Below are positions 36,961-50,820 of a stretch of DNA of 64,000 nt, piece by piece. Positions within the stretch are counted from its first letter, which is position 1. Each line of letters opens with the position of its first letter. Position numbers and translations under genes: made by a program. This DNA is from Octopus sinensis (lineage: Eukaryota): positions 47,368,001 through 47,432,000 of the forward strand of contig NC_043004.1 in the NCBI RefSeq assembly GCF_006345805.1, in the 5' to 3' direction. A model generated the notes under the pieces. It did not search any database, had not been told where the DNA came from, and saw only the letters and a list, made by a program, of their open reading frames with translations.

Positions 36961-38449
36961 TTTATCTTGAAATTAAATATTATTTCCAGGAGAACGAGTC
37001 TTCATAGTTATATTGCTTATTTAATCATTTGTGAGTTTATTGCTTAGAAATGTAAATGTAACGAGATGAATCCATTTGAATTGAACATATGCCTCAACAG
37101 ATAGAGCATTCGTTCCTTTGGCTTCCGCAATTGATTACAGAAATTAAAGTATAATTAATAGATATAAAAGTTAATACTTAATCTCAAACTTGGAAAATCA
37201 TATATGATTTTTTTCGTATTAGCCATAGCCTTTCTTCGCTTATCCATGTAATTTAATTTTTTTTTTGTATACTTTGTCCGCGTTGGCAGGTTTTCCAAAC
37301 ATTATATTATGCTCGGCCATTGTTATGTCTAATTTAGGACTAAGAGTAATGAATACAAAATATATAAATAAAAGCCGTCAGACATTCTTCTCTTTCACTG
37401 TGTTAGTGTGAAACAAATGTTAAAGTCAGTTCCCAAACGTATAGTTTGGAACGTATAGAGAAAATTACACTGATGATCATTACACGAAATTGAAAATGTA
37501 ATCGGCGTGTAAATAATCACCTTAAATAAAATGATGAAAGTGATACAGCATTTTGAATGTTGTTTTCATCTAATGAGACGTTCAATAATTGACGTAGCAC
37601 AAAGAGTCTTGGAAAATTACCAACATAGGAACAGTAAATTATTGTCTTATTCTCGAACTGTCGAACCCGATTACCATACTGTATTAGAAGAAAAGACCCA
37701 CTGTGGTCGTTTTTAACAATATTGAATTGCTTACTTCTTGTTCAAAAATACTTTATCAGTTTTTTCAGTGGGTTGGTGTAACTACGTAAAAATCATTTTT
37801 TTTTTCTTTTTTGTGTGTGAATTAGTCTGACTTTGCAACACGATGAGCTTTAAAGAAAGATCTGATCGCTATATTTGATCATTTGTCTTATATTAATGAA
37901 CACAGCGTATATTTTGTTATGATTATATCCTAAATATATATAATATTTTGGCAAAGTCACTACAGAAATTATTAAAATTTATAAAGTGTCTTTAATTCAT
38001 TCATTCATTCATCCATATATATATATATATATAATTTAAAACTAGGATAAAATCTTTATAAGAATTTATTAAGTAGTTTGCGTGAAAAACCACGTAACAG
38101 AAAAAATCCAACAATTTTTTCACTTAAATATATTTATTTATATTATATAGAGGGCATTACTATACATAAATGCCACATGTTAGGAGGGACTCTGAAAGTC
38201 AAAACTACCTAAATAAATCGTTATAAATCTTGAAATATACTTGCACTGAGGATTAAAATGTGTAATACTGCACTAATTATGAAATCACAGTCATATGAAG
38301 CTAACTTCTGTTGCTAAATTACTTGCTTCGAGAGTTGCATTCGGTACGATGTATTTATATATTTTGGAAGTTTTGAGTCCCTCCCAGCGTGTGTCATTTA
38401 TGTATAGTAATGCCTTCTATATAATATATATATATATTATATATATATA

Positions 38450-38514
<65 letters not shown>

Positions 38515-38683
38515 CTCCTTTTCTTCTATTTCTCTCCTTTTTCTTTTTCTTTTCCAATTATTTTATAAAAACTGAATATGACTGAACATTCAGTCATGTA
38601 CATTTTTTATGATCTCCACCGAATGTTTACATTGATATTGCTGCCTATCCCTGTGAAGCTCATTAAAATTTCTTTGCATATTC

Positions 38684-38897
38684 TTTTCTACTCTAGGTAG
38701 AAGGCGTGAATTTTTTTGGGGGGAGGGGGTAGTCGATTAGAACGACCCCAGTGAGCAACTGGTATTTAATATATCAACCCAGAATGGAAGAAAGGTAAAG
38801 TCGACCTCAGAGGAATTTGAACTCTGAACGTAAAGGCAGACGAAATATTTTTAAGCATTTCGACCGTCGAGCTAACATTTCTGTCAGCTCGCCGCCT
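38684..38897 (-). mobile_element. SINE family B
   Basis: TTTTCTACTCTAGG...GTCGACCTCAGAGGAATTTGAACTCTGAACGTAAAGGCAGACGAAATA...CTGTCAGCTCGCCGCC. Confidence 0.85.
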
Positions 38898-39119
38898 TAA
38901 TTTATCTGCATATTTGAATACTTGATGGCTGAAACATGGCTGTTCAATTTTTATCATATAACTTTAAAACCCTCGTAATCTCACCTCCTTATATATATAT
39001 ACAGGCAAAGTAAATCGTCGAAACTAGTTTGGTATGCCAATAAATCTATTTAAGAACCACTACTTCTCTTTCAGTTTCAGGTACATTTGCACACACCAAA
39101 ACAAATTCTTACATATATA

Positions 39120-39204
<85 letters not shown>

Positions 39205-39218
39205 CATTTATATGTATA

Positions 39219-39249
<31 letters not shown>

Positions 39250-40439
39250 GTGTGTGTGTGCGTGAATGTGTCTGTATGTGTGTGTGTGTGTGAGTGTGTT
39301 AAACTGTTCTATGTACAAATTTGGCCGAATGCGTTTCTTCAATATTTATCTTCACTTGCAATAACTGATTCCTTCGGTGAAACTATAGTACCTCCAGCTG
39401 CTCCAGATGCCAAGATATCAAAAATTGTCAGAGTGAAGTACAACGGTTTTGCTATGGAATGGTGATATTACTCTTTCGTTTTCTGAAAAAGCAACGTTTT
39501 GGACATACCATACTTTTGCTTAATAGCAAAATAGTCTTCCTATTTTAAATTCTTTGATCCTTGAAATATATAGGAACTCCTTTATTATTAGCTCAAATGG
39601 AAAGACGTTTTAGAATTAGGCGATGAAATTTGCTCTTTAATTTATCACACGTAAGCAACAGTTTGGAAAAACGGGGTCGATTGAATTTATTCTAAAGAAA
39701 GTTGTTCTAATTATTTTACGCATGACTGTTCGCTAGCAACATTTCTAAAATATGATTTTAACCGACTATAGAATAGAGTATCGTACCACCGCTTGGCATA
39801 GCCTTACTTGACTCAATACCTGCTCCAGACACACGACATTCTATGCTCAAATATTTCGCCGTAACCACCATAAGCAGCGATGTATATATACAACGAAATC
39901 TAATAAGAAAAACATCGTATACAAAATTTCACTGTTTGTTAACTATTCATCTGACAAATTGTACCATTCTTTTGTCTTCGTGTATGCAGTTGACATATCG
40001 CTATATCACTTCGAAATCCATGGCAAATAGGAAATTAACTGTCATAGCTAGATTAACTACTTTTATAGAACAAAGAATATGGTATGTTCTTAATGTGACC
40101 AACAAACAAACTATGAAACATATCTAGGCAATCTACTTTCATTTTCTGAGTATGATGAGAGCAACGAGCAACATTCTCTTCAGTTCATACTAGAATAATA
40201 AAAATAACAACACTGGGGATGTTTACAAAAAGAACACGATGGATATTTAACACTGAACATCGGGGATGTTAATATGGGACAACGATATAAAAAATGCTCC
40301 GATAATCATAATATTGGATAATAACCGTATAAGTAATATTCATTGAAATTTATTATTTTCCACATTAAAAATTTTAGTGATATCAATATTATTCAACCTA
40401 AAAATAAAAAGTAAAAACTGGAACTCCGTTCAAACAATT

Positions 40440-40790
40440 TGCACCTGTAAACCTCGTTCATATCAGAAACAAGCGTACCAGTTCCCTACAAAAATTATGA
40501 CAATTGAAATAAAGGACAGGTTGGTACACCTCAAGACTTGATAATAAACTCAAAAAATCATAACTCGACACAATTGGGATATGTTTCTATCCTACACGCT
40601 TTCTTTACAGAGGTGTACTACCCACAAAACAAAAGTACAATAGCATACCCATATAAATTTTCGAAGAGAAACGACCTAGATCTAGATACATCGAAAATTA
40701 CCAATAACCTGGCGAACGTAAGGAGATACATTCTCAAAGCGAAAATTATATCGAAATTGAAACACAACGCTTAAAAGAAATAATACATTA
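40440..40790 (+). mobile_element. R4/Dong LINE 5' ORF fragment (opposite orientation to the main copy)
   Basis: KRNDLDLDTSKITNNLANVRRYILKAKII matches NRDIDLDTAMNPNKLANVRRYILKAKKI in ORF 45448-46065. Confidence 0.8.
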
Positions 40791-40809
40791 CGAGGACACA
40801 AATAATGTC

Positions 40810-42600
40810 CTAGACTGTGGCGAGCCAGTGCTTTTATCAATGTGATATTTCGAGCAGTTTATTCTGAGAGCTTGCTCTTGGGCGCTGCAGCTTAATGCAG
40901 CCCTTTTAAGTCTCGTTTCTAAAGCCATTGCCAGGTTTTATTCCAACGAATCTCATCTTTATTCTTCAAGAACTGACTTCGAAATTTTCTTGTCCTACGA
41001 AATTTTCTTCATCTGCTCTTTGTGGTCTTTCTTGTATTGCATTGGATCTACTTCTTTCACTTCTAATGTGTCCTGCATTTTCACTGCTACAATCAATTCT
41101 TCTTTACTCCCTTGGCATACCAAACCAGGCTATTCTCCTCTTCCATTACACAACCGTCACAGCACCACAATTCCCATCCTCCTTCTTCCCTCTTTACGTA
41201 AATCTTGACACTTCACTCTTGGGGTGTAGTTCCTTGTTCATTTTCTTTAATTTTCGTGTTCTCCCGTCTATCTCTTGTCATCTATGCTTCTTCCAAGATA
41301 CCATTCCTGCTCCATTTCTCATCAAAGCAACATCTCACGTGTTAATTGCTCTAATGTTATAGCGGCATTTACCTTCGATTGGAGCACAAATCGAGTTCTA
41401 AAATTCTCTTTCGTTTACATTTCTTTCATCTTGTGTACTTTCGTCTTATCTCTTTCAGTGATACCTAGGTACTTATATCCTTCCTCTCAGACTTCCCTTA
41501 TAGTTTCATCATTTTCCAGTTTGATCCCTTGGCTTTTACTGCTTTTTCCCATTTGAGCATCATTACAGCACATTTTTCGATCCCAAATTCCATGTCAATA
41601 TCTTTGCTAATCATCTGCACAGTTGCCGTCAAACACTCGATTTCTTTCTCAGTCTTCGCGAATAGCTTTAGTTAATCCATAAACCACAGGCCGTTTACTT
41701 TCACCCTGCCTAGCATATGCCCTACACGCATCTTTCTTAAAACGCTCGTTAATGGCAGTATGCAGACAACAAATAGGAGAAGCGACAGGCTGTCCCCTTG
41801 AAAGATTCTTCTTCTGATATTTACCTTACCCAGTTTATCTCCCCATGCTGTAAGTTCAGTTAGCGACGTTATCATTAAATTTTGTAATAGTTTCAGGATA
41901 TTGTGTGAGACCTTAAACAGCTTAAGGCATTCAATAATCCACGAGTGTGGGGCCATGTCATATGCTTTCCTGTAGTCCACCCATGCCACCACCAAATTTT
42001 TGTGTCTCTTCTGGCAATCAGTCAGCATAGTCTTATCGATTCGTAATTGATCCTTCGTTCCTCTACTGTTACGTCTACACCCTTTTTGTTTCACTAGTAG
42101 TAGATCGTTCTCATCTAGGTACTTATAGAAACTGTTTGATATGATGTTACCACATCAGCGACAAACAAGATATTAGTCTGAAATTTCCAGCTCCAATCCC
42201 TATACTTGGGTGCCGTTCGTCTTTTTGTCATCCAGGTTGGTACTTGAATGTCGCTATTCAGTATTTCGTCCAGCTGTCTCGCAATTCTCTTGTGGGGAAC
42301 TGTAATGTTTTAAGCCAAAAGCCCTGGACCCCATCTGGGCCAGGAGTTTTCCAGTTAGGTATTTTTTTGCACTGATCTCTAATCAACTACTCGGTTATTC
42401 TCAAATTCTCCCGCCGATACTCTCCATTCTCCTCTTTGATTGTCTTTAACTACACTACTTCATTTTCGTGTTGTGTCTCCTGAGACCATATGTTTGACCA
42501 AAATCATTTACTTTCTTCAGCATCCGGCACGACTTTATCACTTTTTTCTTTCACATATAGTTCCCGATAGATACGTTTCTACTTATTATCATGACGAAAG
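40810..42600 (-). mobile_element. Degenerate R4/Dong-clade LINE of a second family (RT region)
   Basis: ORF 41672-42094: QKGCRRNSRGTKDQLRIDK...AWVDYRKAYDMAPHSWI...IFQGDSLSLLLFVVC...WFMD. Upstream [15 protein letters not shown] and downstream FGIEKCA / YKYLGI remnants are present. Many stops. Confidence 0.85.
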
Positions 42601-42660
42601 ACTCGTTTATTATTATTAATAGCGACTTGCTATTTGATAGATTATTATTATTATTATTAT

Positions 42661-45600
42661 TCAGTAGTTTTATTTTTATAGCGTGCTTTCACTTCACTAC
42701 CGAGCGCAGCTCTGTGTGCCTTGGGTATGTGCTGTGATTTGTTGTGATGCTCTGATGGTTATTGTATGGAAAGTGTTCTGCGTAGGATGTGTGCAGTGCC
42801 TAGTAGTGCAATTTTCTGTATGTTATATGTGTTTGTAAGTCCTGGTGTTTTTGTTATGTATTTGTCTGAATATTTTTTTATCATGCCTAATGCACCTACT
42901 ATGATAGGAATTGTTTCTGTTTTCAGGTTCCACATTCTAGTTACCTCTATTTCCAGGTCTTTGTATTTTGAGAGTTTCTCCATTTCTTTTAGAGACACGT
43001 TGTCATCTGCCGGTATTGATACATCAATTAGAAAGCATTTTTTTTCTTCATGATCTCTGACAACTATATCTGGTCAGTTGGCCTTAATTTCTCTATCTGT
43101 GTGTATCGGCATATCCCAGAGTATGGTTGCTTTCTCGTTTTCTCTGACCTGTTCTGGTGTGTGCCTATACCATCTTTTTTCTGTTGGCATAGCTTCCAAT
43201 GTATGTACGTTCCAACTCTGTCATGTCTGTGAATATATTCCTTCTTAGCCAGGACTGGGCAGCTAGAGATAATATGATTTATTGTTTCTTGTCCATCTCC
43301 ATTTATTCTGCAGTTACTTGTAATACTTCTTTTCATTACATGTTTTTGGTAATTTCTGGTGGGGAGGCTTTGGTCTTGTGCTGCAATTAAAAATCCCTCT
43401 GTTTCTGCTTTGAGTCCTGAGCTTCTCAACCATTGCTGGGATTCTTCTTTGTCTATTTCTTTTGCGTTTAGTTTAGTGCAGTATTTACCACGAAGGGGTT
43501 TTTCTTGCCATCGTTTTATCATGGCTCGTTGCTGTTCTATTTTTAGTTTGGATTTCATTTGTTTTATAGCTTTTGTTATTTCTTCATCATCTTCTTCTTC
43601 TTCTTTGTGTTTATTAGGTGGTATGATTTCTTGTTTGTATTTGTCAGCTTCCTTAAATACTAAGAACAATTTTTTGTTTTGCTCGTGTTTTGCTGCTATC
43701 TGGATCAGTTTTCCTTCCTTCTGAAGTAGGTATTTTTGCAGTCCTATGGTGGTTATTTTATAGTAGTTTTCCAGCTGTATAAGGCCTATACCACCTTCTA
43801 TACGTTGTATATATAGTCTTTCTATGTCAGATTTTGGGTGATGCATCCTAGATCCTGTCAGTATTTTTCTTGTTTTCCTATCTATTTTGGACAGTTCATT
43901 TCGTGTCCAGTTAAGGATATTGTAGCTGTAACTTATAACTGGGACAGCTAAAGTGTTGATACCTATTATCTTGTTTTTAGCATTGAGCTCTGTTTTTAGT
44001 ATTGATCTAACTCGTCTATAATATTCTTTTTTTATTTTCTCTTTCATTTGTGTGTGTTGTGTCTTATCTAGTTCATGGATTCCTAAGTATTTGTAAGTTT
44101 GGCTTTGGTCTAATTCTTTTATTTCATTGGTTTTATCTAGTGTGATGTTGTTACTTTTAACTAGTTTTCCTCTTTTCATGGTTACTTTGGCGCATTTTTC
44201 TAATCCAAATTTCATATCTATTTCTTTGGTAAATCCATGAACTGTCTTTAATAGTGTTTCCAGCTGTTTGTCATTTGCAGCGTATAGTTTTAGGTCATGC
44301 ATATATAAAAGGTGGCTGATCGTTTTGCCGTAACATTTATATCCGCATCCAGTTCTATTTAGCATATCAGATGGAGGTGACAGTGCCAAGCAGAAAAGGA
44401 GTGGAGAGAGCGTGTCTCCCTGGAATATTCCTCTTCTAATGGGGATGTCTTTGGTTTTCATGAGTCCCTCTTTTGTTTGGAGATGTAGGACTGTTTGCCA
44501 TTTATTCATAGAGTGCTCTATGAATTTTATGATTGTTGGTGCTACTTTGTTAATGGCTAGTGTTTCAAGGATCCATGTGTGGGGGATGCTATCAAACGCC
44601 TTTTTGTAGTCAATCCAGGCCATACTGAGGCCTTTCTTCTTTCTGTGGCTGTCTTCAGTTACGGCTTTATTAATCATTAGTTGATCTTTACAGCCATATG
44701 AGCCTTTGCGGCATCCTTTCTGCTCTTCTGGAACAGTTTGTATTCGTCCAGGTGCTTGTTCAGCCTTTGCGATATCACTGCAGTAAATGCCTTGAACATA
44801 GTAGGGAGGCAGGTTATTGGTCTGTAGTTTTCTGGTTTTGCTGTTTCATTTGATTTGGGAATTAAGATGGTTTTCCCCTTCGTGAGCCATTCAGGCATTG
44901 TCTCTGGCTCTGCTAGTATGCTGTTAAAGTTTTCAGCCAGCTTTTTGTGCATTCCTGTTAGATATTTCAACCAGAAGTTGGGGATCTTGTCATGCCCAGG
45001 TGCCTTCCAGTTGCTTAGTTTTTGCAGTGCCTGGGTGACCTCTTCAGTTGTTATGGGGGTCCAAAGTTGTTCAGATGCCGAGTTTGTTATTTTCATACTC
45101 CTTTTTTTTGGCTATTCGTTCGCCGACCATATTTCTTTCCAGAATTCTTCCAATTCTTCTGCCGTTGGTGCTGCAGTGACTTCTATTTTATTTTTGCCCA
45201 GTTCTTGGTAGAACTTTTTGGGATCGGAGTTGAACTTTTTGTTCTGTTCAAAGAAGCGTTGGCGTTTCTCGTACCGGCGGATCCTTTGAGCTTTGGTAAG
45301 GATATCTTGCTTCAGCTTTTCTTTTATCTCCGGCAAATCTTTTTCTGTGATGTTATATTTGCGGAGCATTTTTGTTCTCTTTTTGTTGCTCAGTACCGTT
45401 GCTTGTTTGCCGATTTCATTAAGAATCGACAGGTCTTTTCTAATTTTTTAAATTTTGTTTTGGATGTTATTTATCCACAGGGTTTGTTTGGGTGGTGGTA
45501 CTCCTGTTTGGGCGGGTTTGGGTGAGTATCCAGCTTCTTTTGTAGCTGCAGTGGCTGCTGCGTATATCAAGTCATTTAGTTCAGTGATATCACTTTTTTT

Positions 45601-46607
45601 TGTTTCAGTGGCTAGTTCAGTGACGGCTAGGTTTATGTTGTTTATAATTGGTGTTGTTATTGCGTTTATTTTTATTCTTGGGAGGTATGGTCGGTGGTCC
45701 ATTTTGAGCTCTGTGGTTTTTAGTTCTTTGATTATTTTATTTTTTATATTATCATAATCATTAGGCTCCCCTTCGTTGTTTACATCGTGTTTGTTGGGAA
45801 TGTTGCGTTTGTCTTCGTGTTTTACAGTTTCAGTGTTTATATTATTGGGCATTGTTGTGTGGCTTCTATCTACATTTTCCTGGTGTATTTTTTCTTTTAA
45901 ATGTTCTATTTCTATTTCTGATATTTTTTTGGCTTTGAGAATGTATCTTCGTACGTTAGCTAATTTATTAGGGTTCATTGCTGTATCCAAGTCTATATCT
46001 CTATTATTTTCCTTCCATATTTTATATGTATGTGTTGTTGTATTTTCATTTTGTGGGTAGAGCATTGCTGTGAAGTATGCGTGTAAGATAGAAATGTATT
46101 CCTCACGTGTCCATTTACGTCTTTTGGGTCTTAATTACGGGACATGAGGTACAACGTCCGGCCCATTATTTTGACGGTCGTCATTTTCGTAGGGTACCGG
46201 TCCGTTTATTTCTGTTGTCACATTATTTCGCACGTGTAGTTTTTCGTACATTTTTTGTTGTAGGTTTAATGTACGTACCGCTCGATTGTTATTCTTGGGT
46301 TGAATAGTATCGGTGGCATTTAATTTCTTCGTAGTTCCTTTGTACATGGTGTTTGAGGTCGGGGATGATCGTGTTGTTCCACGCATGTTTACATGTGTTG
46401 TGTTAGAGGTGGAGATAATATCGAGTCAAAATACATCATTTCGTTTCGAAAATAGTAATAAATTTCAATTCGTATTACTTACTCGGATATAGTCCAATTC
46501 TTTGTTAGTAAATCTTTGGCTCCATAGGGTGTCCTTGTTTTCGATGTTTGTGGATAGATTTCGGAGCTCTGTATTTTCCTTCTTACATCTTAAACGTCCC
46601 CGGTGTC
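42661..46607 (-). mobile_element. Near-full-length R4/Dong-clade non-LTR retrotransposon (RT + zinc knuckle + restriction-like endonuclease), frameshifted
   Basis: Consecutive minus-strand ORF pieces 46065-45448, 45369-45112, 45096-44677, 44677-43064 and 42998-42759. Motifs: NWKAPGHDKIPNFWLK, NYRPITCL, AWIDYKKAFDSIPH, GIFQGDTLSPLLF, LLYMHDLKLY, YKYLG, ETINHIISSCP, ANRPDI...LIDVS...EKLSKYKDL, IIVGALG. Both ends abut (AAT)n. Confidence 0.92.
43064..44677 (-). pseudogene. Largest intact piece (537 aa) of the R4/Dong RT-RLE polyprotein
   Basis: Covers the central and C-terminal RT motifs, the thumb and the zinc-knuckle region. The catalytic YxDD reads YMHD, the knuckle reads CRIN rather than CxxC, and a frameshift precedes the RLE domain. 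Confidence 0.9.
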
Positions 46608-46687
<80 letters not shown>

Positions 46688-46731
46688 GTTATTATTATTA
46701 TTATTTTTATTGTTGTTGTTGTTGTTGTTGT
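46608..46731. repeat. (TTA)n/(TTG)n microsatellite
   Basis: Direct reading. It flanks the 5' end of the R4/Dong element. Confidence 0.95.
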
Positions 46732-46825
46732 GTGAAACATAAGCGATGTTGCAGTATGACTGAAAGCTTGGGGAGAAGTCACAGGGACAGTAGTGAAATA
46801 TCTTCATGTAATGCAACACATACAT

Positions 46826-47290
46826 TTAAATTGATATGGTTTTTCTAGGGATATGGGCAGTACTTGTCAACACAATCTTTTCGATTTCTTTGAGACCTGG
46901 TTCTTCTGGGATCTTATCTAGATGTTTCTGACATCCCTTTCTTATCATGCCTAAGGCACCTACTATAACAGGAAAAGTTCTCGCTTTAATGCCATTTCTT
47001 CTGTATTTCAATTTCCAGGTCATTATATTTACTTAATTTGTCAAATTACTTTACAGAATTATTTTATCAGTGGGAACTTTTTCTACAAGTGTTTTCTCCC
47101 TCGTCTTATGTCTGGTCGATTAGCCGTGATGGTCCTGCCAATGTTGAATGGAAAATCTCAGAGGATAGTGACATTTTTACTTTCAACGGCTGCCTCAGGT
47201 TGATGTTCATACTTGTAAGCTTGCGTGCTGATTTCGTAGCGTTTTCATATTTTCCAATGTGAATACTGCCCTACCCCATTGTGGCATTTT
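46826..47290 (-). mobile_element. Old R4/Dong-clade RLE/C-terminal fragment (a further diverged copy or family)
   Basis: HQPEAAVESKNVTIL..TITANRPDI and FPVIVGALGMIRKG...IVLTSTAHIPRK parallel the C-terminus of the main element. Confidence 0.75.
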
Positions 47291-49022
47291 TTGTATTCGT
47301 TATTATTTATTTTTATTATTATTGTTGTTGTTGTTGTTATTATTATTATTATTATTATTATTGTAGTTGTTGCTGTTGTTGTTGTTTTCATTATTATTAT
47401 TGTTGTTGTTGTTTTTATTATTATCCTATCTACTATACGCACAAGACCTGACATCTTGGAAGAAGGCTTTAGACGATTTTATCGTCTCCAAAAACGATGA
47501 AAACCAAAGTGGACATGGGTTGAATTTGTACTTTAAAAGTGAGTCTCAGCTTGACTAAATTTAAGATAGTGTAGCACGTATAATCTATGAAGTACAGCTT
47601 CATTATATTAGAATCAAGGCTACATTACATCCAAAATTCTGTCATACTGCTTGAGCCAACCATAGATTAAGGGAGAAACACACATACAAGATTGCAGCGA
47701 GTTGGAGCAAACCTCCAGTCACATGCTCGCTGAGAGAAATTGGGAATTTCTTAACGATGTTCTAAACCCCTGGGCCGTATGAATCATATACATTCACACG
47801 CATATGTGTGTGAAGTTGTGTGTCGCGGTGTGTGTGTATGTGTGTGTGTTTGTGTGTGCGTACGCGCGTTCGTTATCTTTATGGCACCACCTTATAGATT
47901 TTCCTACTTAGGTAGTTATTCATTTTTATTCAAGATTTGCTTTCTATGAAACCTCAGTTGTGTATTTTAATGTGGATATGCCGAATTATTCCTTACCTAT
48001 AAAATAACGTGAATTACAGATTATTGCTCTTTTGGGAGAGATTGTATAGGGAGAAACTTTTTCAAAGATTTCTCGTCCTCATAAATAACAGAAATGTTCG
48101 GTTTGGAGAAATGAAAATAATTGAAAGAAATTAAGCGTGGAAACAAGATGTGGAAAATAAATCAAGATAATGGTATTTAAGAAAGCGACTAACGTGACAG
48201 TTTCCAAAATAATAAATATACCAGAAGCTCTAAGTTGGAGTATATGAGTGAGTCATATCACAAGTGAAGTTGAAGTCAAAATATAGAGAGTTGCAAAAGT
48301 TTAGACAAAGAATACCATAGTTAATTTATAGAAGATTTAATGAAGATATGAATATTTTCCGAGAATTGGTTCAGAGGATTTGGGGAATATTATGTCATTA
48401 TTTGCTGGCTAAGGACAACGATGGATTTGTTTCGGTTTTATGGAATAATATCGCCACAAGATGGCCTTAAAGCCTGCTTCATCACTTGACGAATTTTAAA
48501 TGAAGTGCATTTTTACGAATATAATTTAGAGATCCTATTTTGTATAATTTTAAAACATAAAGAGAATTAACATCAGTTGGACATTTCAGGAATGTCATTA
48601 AATATATAAAATAACTACGTGCTAATTAAAGTAAACAAATAAGTTTGAACACATCGGTAATTTTTCATCGAGTACATCTCTTTCACTCTAAAATTCACAT
48701 GCTTCTCCATCAAAATCGAAAAACATGGGAATGAAACAATCACCAACAAATAGTTGGCTGTAATGGATTGATATTCTTAAAAATAGTTTTTAAGTATTTT
48801 AAGAGAGAAAAGAATTTCTATCTTAAATTTAATTTCCGTGTTTGGTAGTGACTCCGATATTGATTGCATTCAATGAGCCACTAGGGAAATATTCCCGTTT
48901 TCTAGAAACTTATCAGTAAAATACATACACATACACACCTACACACTCTAACACAGATATATGTATATGTATCTAGGTAGGTAGATATGGATGTATAATA
49001 CCAATATCTCTATCTAGCTATG

Positions 49023-49082
<60 letters not shown>

Positions 49083-49442
49083 GTAATGTATTTACATACG
49101 TATATATTATATATATGCACATATGTACGTGTATAGATACATGCATATGCATATATGTGTGTCTGTGAATGATAATTATTCACAGATACATATAGACACA
49201 CACTCACTCAAACACGCTCACTCATGCAAATCCACGCACGTTTGTGTAAATTTGGGATATTTTGGAGTCTGAGAATTTTTCTCCGAGTAATAAGATACAT
49301 ATTCCAAACTTCCTTAAAATTATGTGAGCTTCATATGTGTGCAGTTAGAGACTAAATATCTAGAAGAGTGTTTTAGAAGTGTTGTTATTCCTCTCGTCGT
49401 TCTTGTATCACGTGAATTTATGAACCATATATATATATATAT

Positions 49443-49474
<32 letters not shown>

Positions 49475-49529
49475 ATAAAAAACTCAACTTATGTGTAGGT
49501 GTGTGTATCTGTTTGTATGTCTATGTTTT

Positions 49530-50086
49530 TAACTTCCCGGCACATCTCCTCCTAGCCAACAAATCGTAGAACCACCAAAAATGGCTCAATTAAAGTTTAG
49601 GCGAACGAAAATTGAACTGCGCTATTTCTGTTCTGAAATTCATCACGCAAGTGCAAAATTCGATAATGTGTTTGTTTAGGGCTTATCCCATGCAATGAAT
49701 AGGGAACTTTACTCATTCAGCTGTTTGACGTAAACTGTGTTCACGACGCATGCAAGCATGCGTAAATTGCATGAAAAATAAAATATCAAGATATAAAAAC
49801 GAATCGCCGTAAACATTGTAGAAATTCGGCAAAGAAAGGAATTTTCGGGATGTAGCCTGGAGGATTTTTTCGTATTAATCGTTTGGACTTTGTGAACACA
49901 TACCAATTATTTTCATAACATTTTTAACGCTTTGAATTAAATGTGACCATTTTGCGTTGAGTCTGCAGTTTGAATCACTTTAACCAAATGTTAGCAGGCC
50001 GGATTTTTGATCATCACGATACATCGCCAGCGACTCCGTGAAACTCTCCCCTGAAATCCCCGTTGAGCCGGGCAATACTGCTAGTA
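49530..50086 (-). mobile_element. Non-autonomous Helitron-type element related to 2650-3030
   Basis: The minus-strand 5' end TACTAGCAGTATTGCCCGGC matches TACTAGCAGTATCGCCCGGC at 2650. The distal end is uncertain. Confidence 0.4.
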
Positions 50087-50513
50087 TATATATATGGCAA
50101 CGGTGCAGCATAAATTTCAACGATAGCAAATATACACGTTCGGTTTGTCATGGATAAAAATTAATTTATTAATTGAAACACGTCGAATAAATTTGTTTAG
50201 GATATAAATTTAAGAGGTTTCCATAAATTTATGTTCTCTGGTATAGAATAATTGGCCGGATGGCAGCGAAAGCCTTGTGATTTTTCTGTCAATTCACGTT
50301 TGGAGTCAATAGGCTTGATTTCAAATTGATTTTATACCAAAAGACAAATATTACGAACAACATCATTATGATAACGAACACAGAGGAACATGAAAAATGT
50401 TTTAAAAAATGACGATATACCATTACAGAAATTCTCGTTCACTTACATTTTATAGACACGGTTACGTGGATGATTATGTATTAAAACTTTCATTAAATGC
50501 TCAGATTTGATCA

Positions 50514-50820
50514 AATCTTTTTTTATATAAATTTAAGATAATAACTAGAATATTACCTATTTTACAGTTAAAGATCATTCTAATACATTCAATTTAACTA
50601 TATATGGCGGTGCCCTAATCTTTTTCTATATAATTTAAGATAATAACTAGAATATTACCTATTTTACACTTAAAGATCATTCTAATACATTCAATTTAAC
50701 TATATATGGCGGTGCCCTAATCTTTTTCTATATAAATTTAAGATAATAACTGGAATATTACCTATTTTGCACGTAAAGATCATTCTAATACATTCCATTT
50801 AACTATACATGGCGGTGCCC
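50514..50820 (+). repeat. Three tandem ~102-bp units, the last running into a SINE family A 3' tail (to ~50860)
   Basis: Units start at 50514, 50617 and 50719 (AATCTTTTT...TTAAGATAATAACT...GATCATTCTAATACATTC...ATGGCGGTGCCC). The third continues CAGCATAGCCACGGCTCTTTAGCTGAAACTAGATAAAA. Confidence 0.9.

Noticed and set aside
39340-39465. Non-repetitive tail of ORF 39034-39465 (SSLAITDSFGETIVPPAAPDAKISKIVRVKYNGFAMEW)
   Set aside because: It looks protein-like but I cannot assign a family, it has no clear splice sites, and the frame stops immediately afterwards. A BLASTX search would be needed.
46430-46607. HDV-like ribozyme at the 5' end of the R4/Dong element
   Set aside because: Such ribozymes are known in some non-LTR elements, but I could not find a complementary partner for the candidate P1 strand (GGGGACG) or a nested pseudoknot by eye.
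50514-50820. CRISPR-like array
   Set aside because: The units are contiguous near-identical repeats without unique spacers, the context is eukaryotic, and no cas genes are present.
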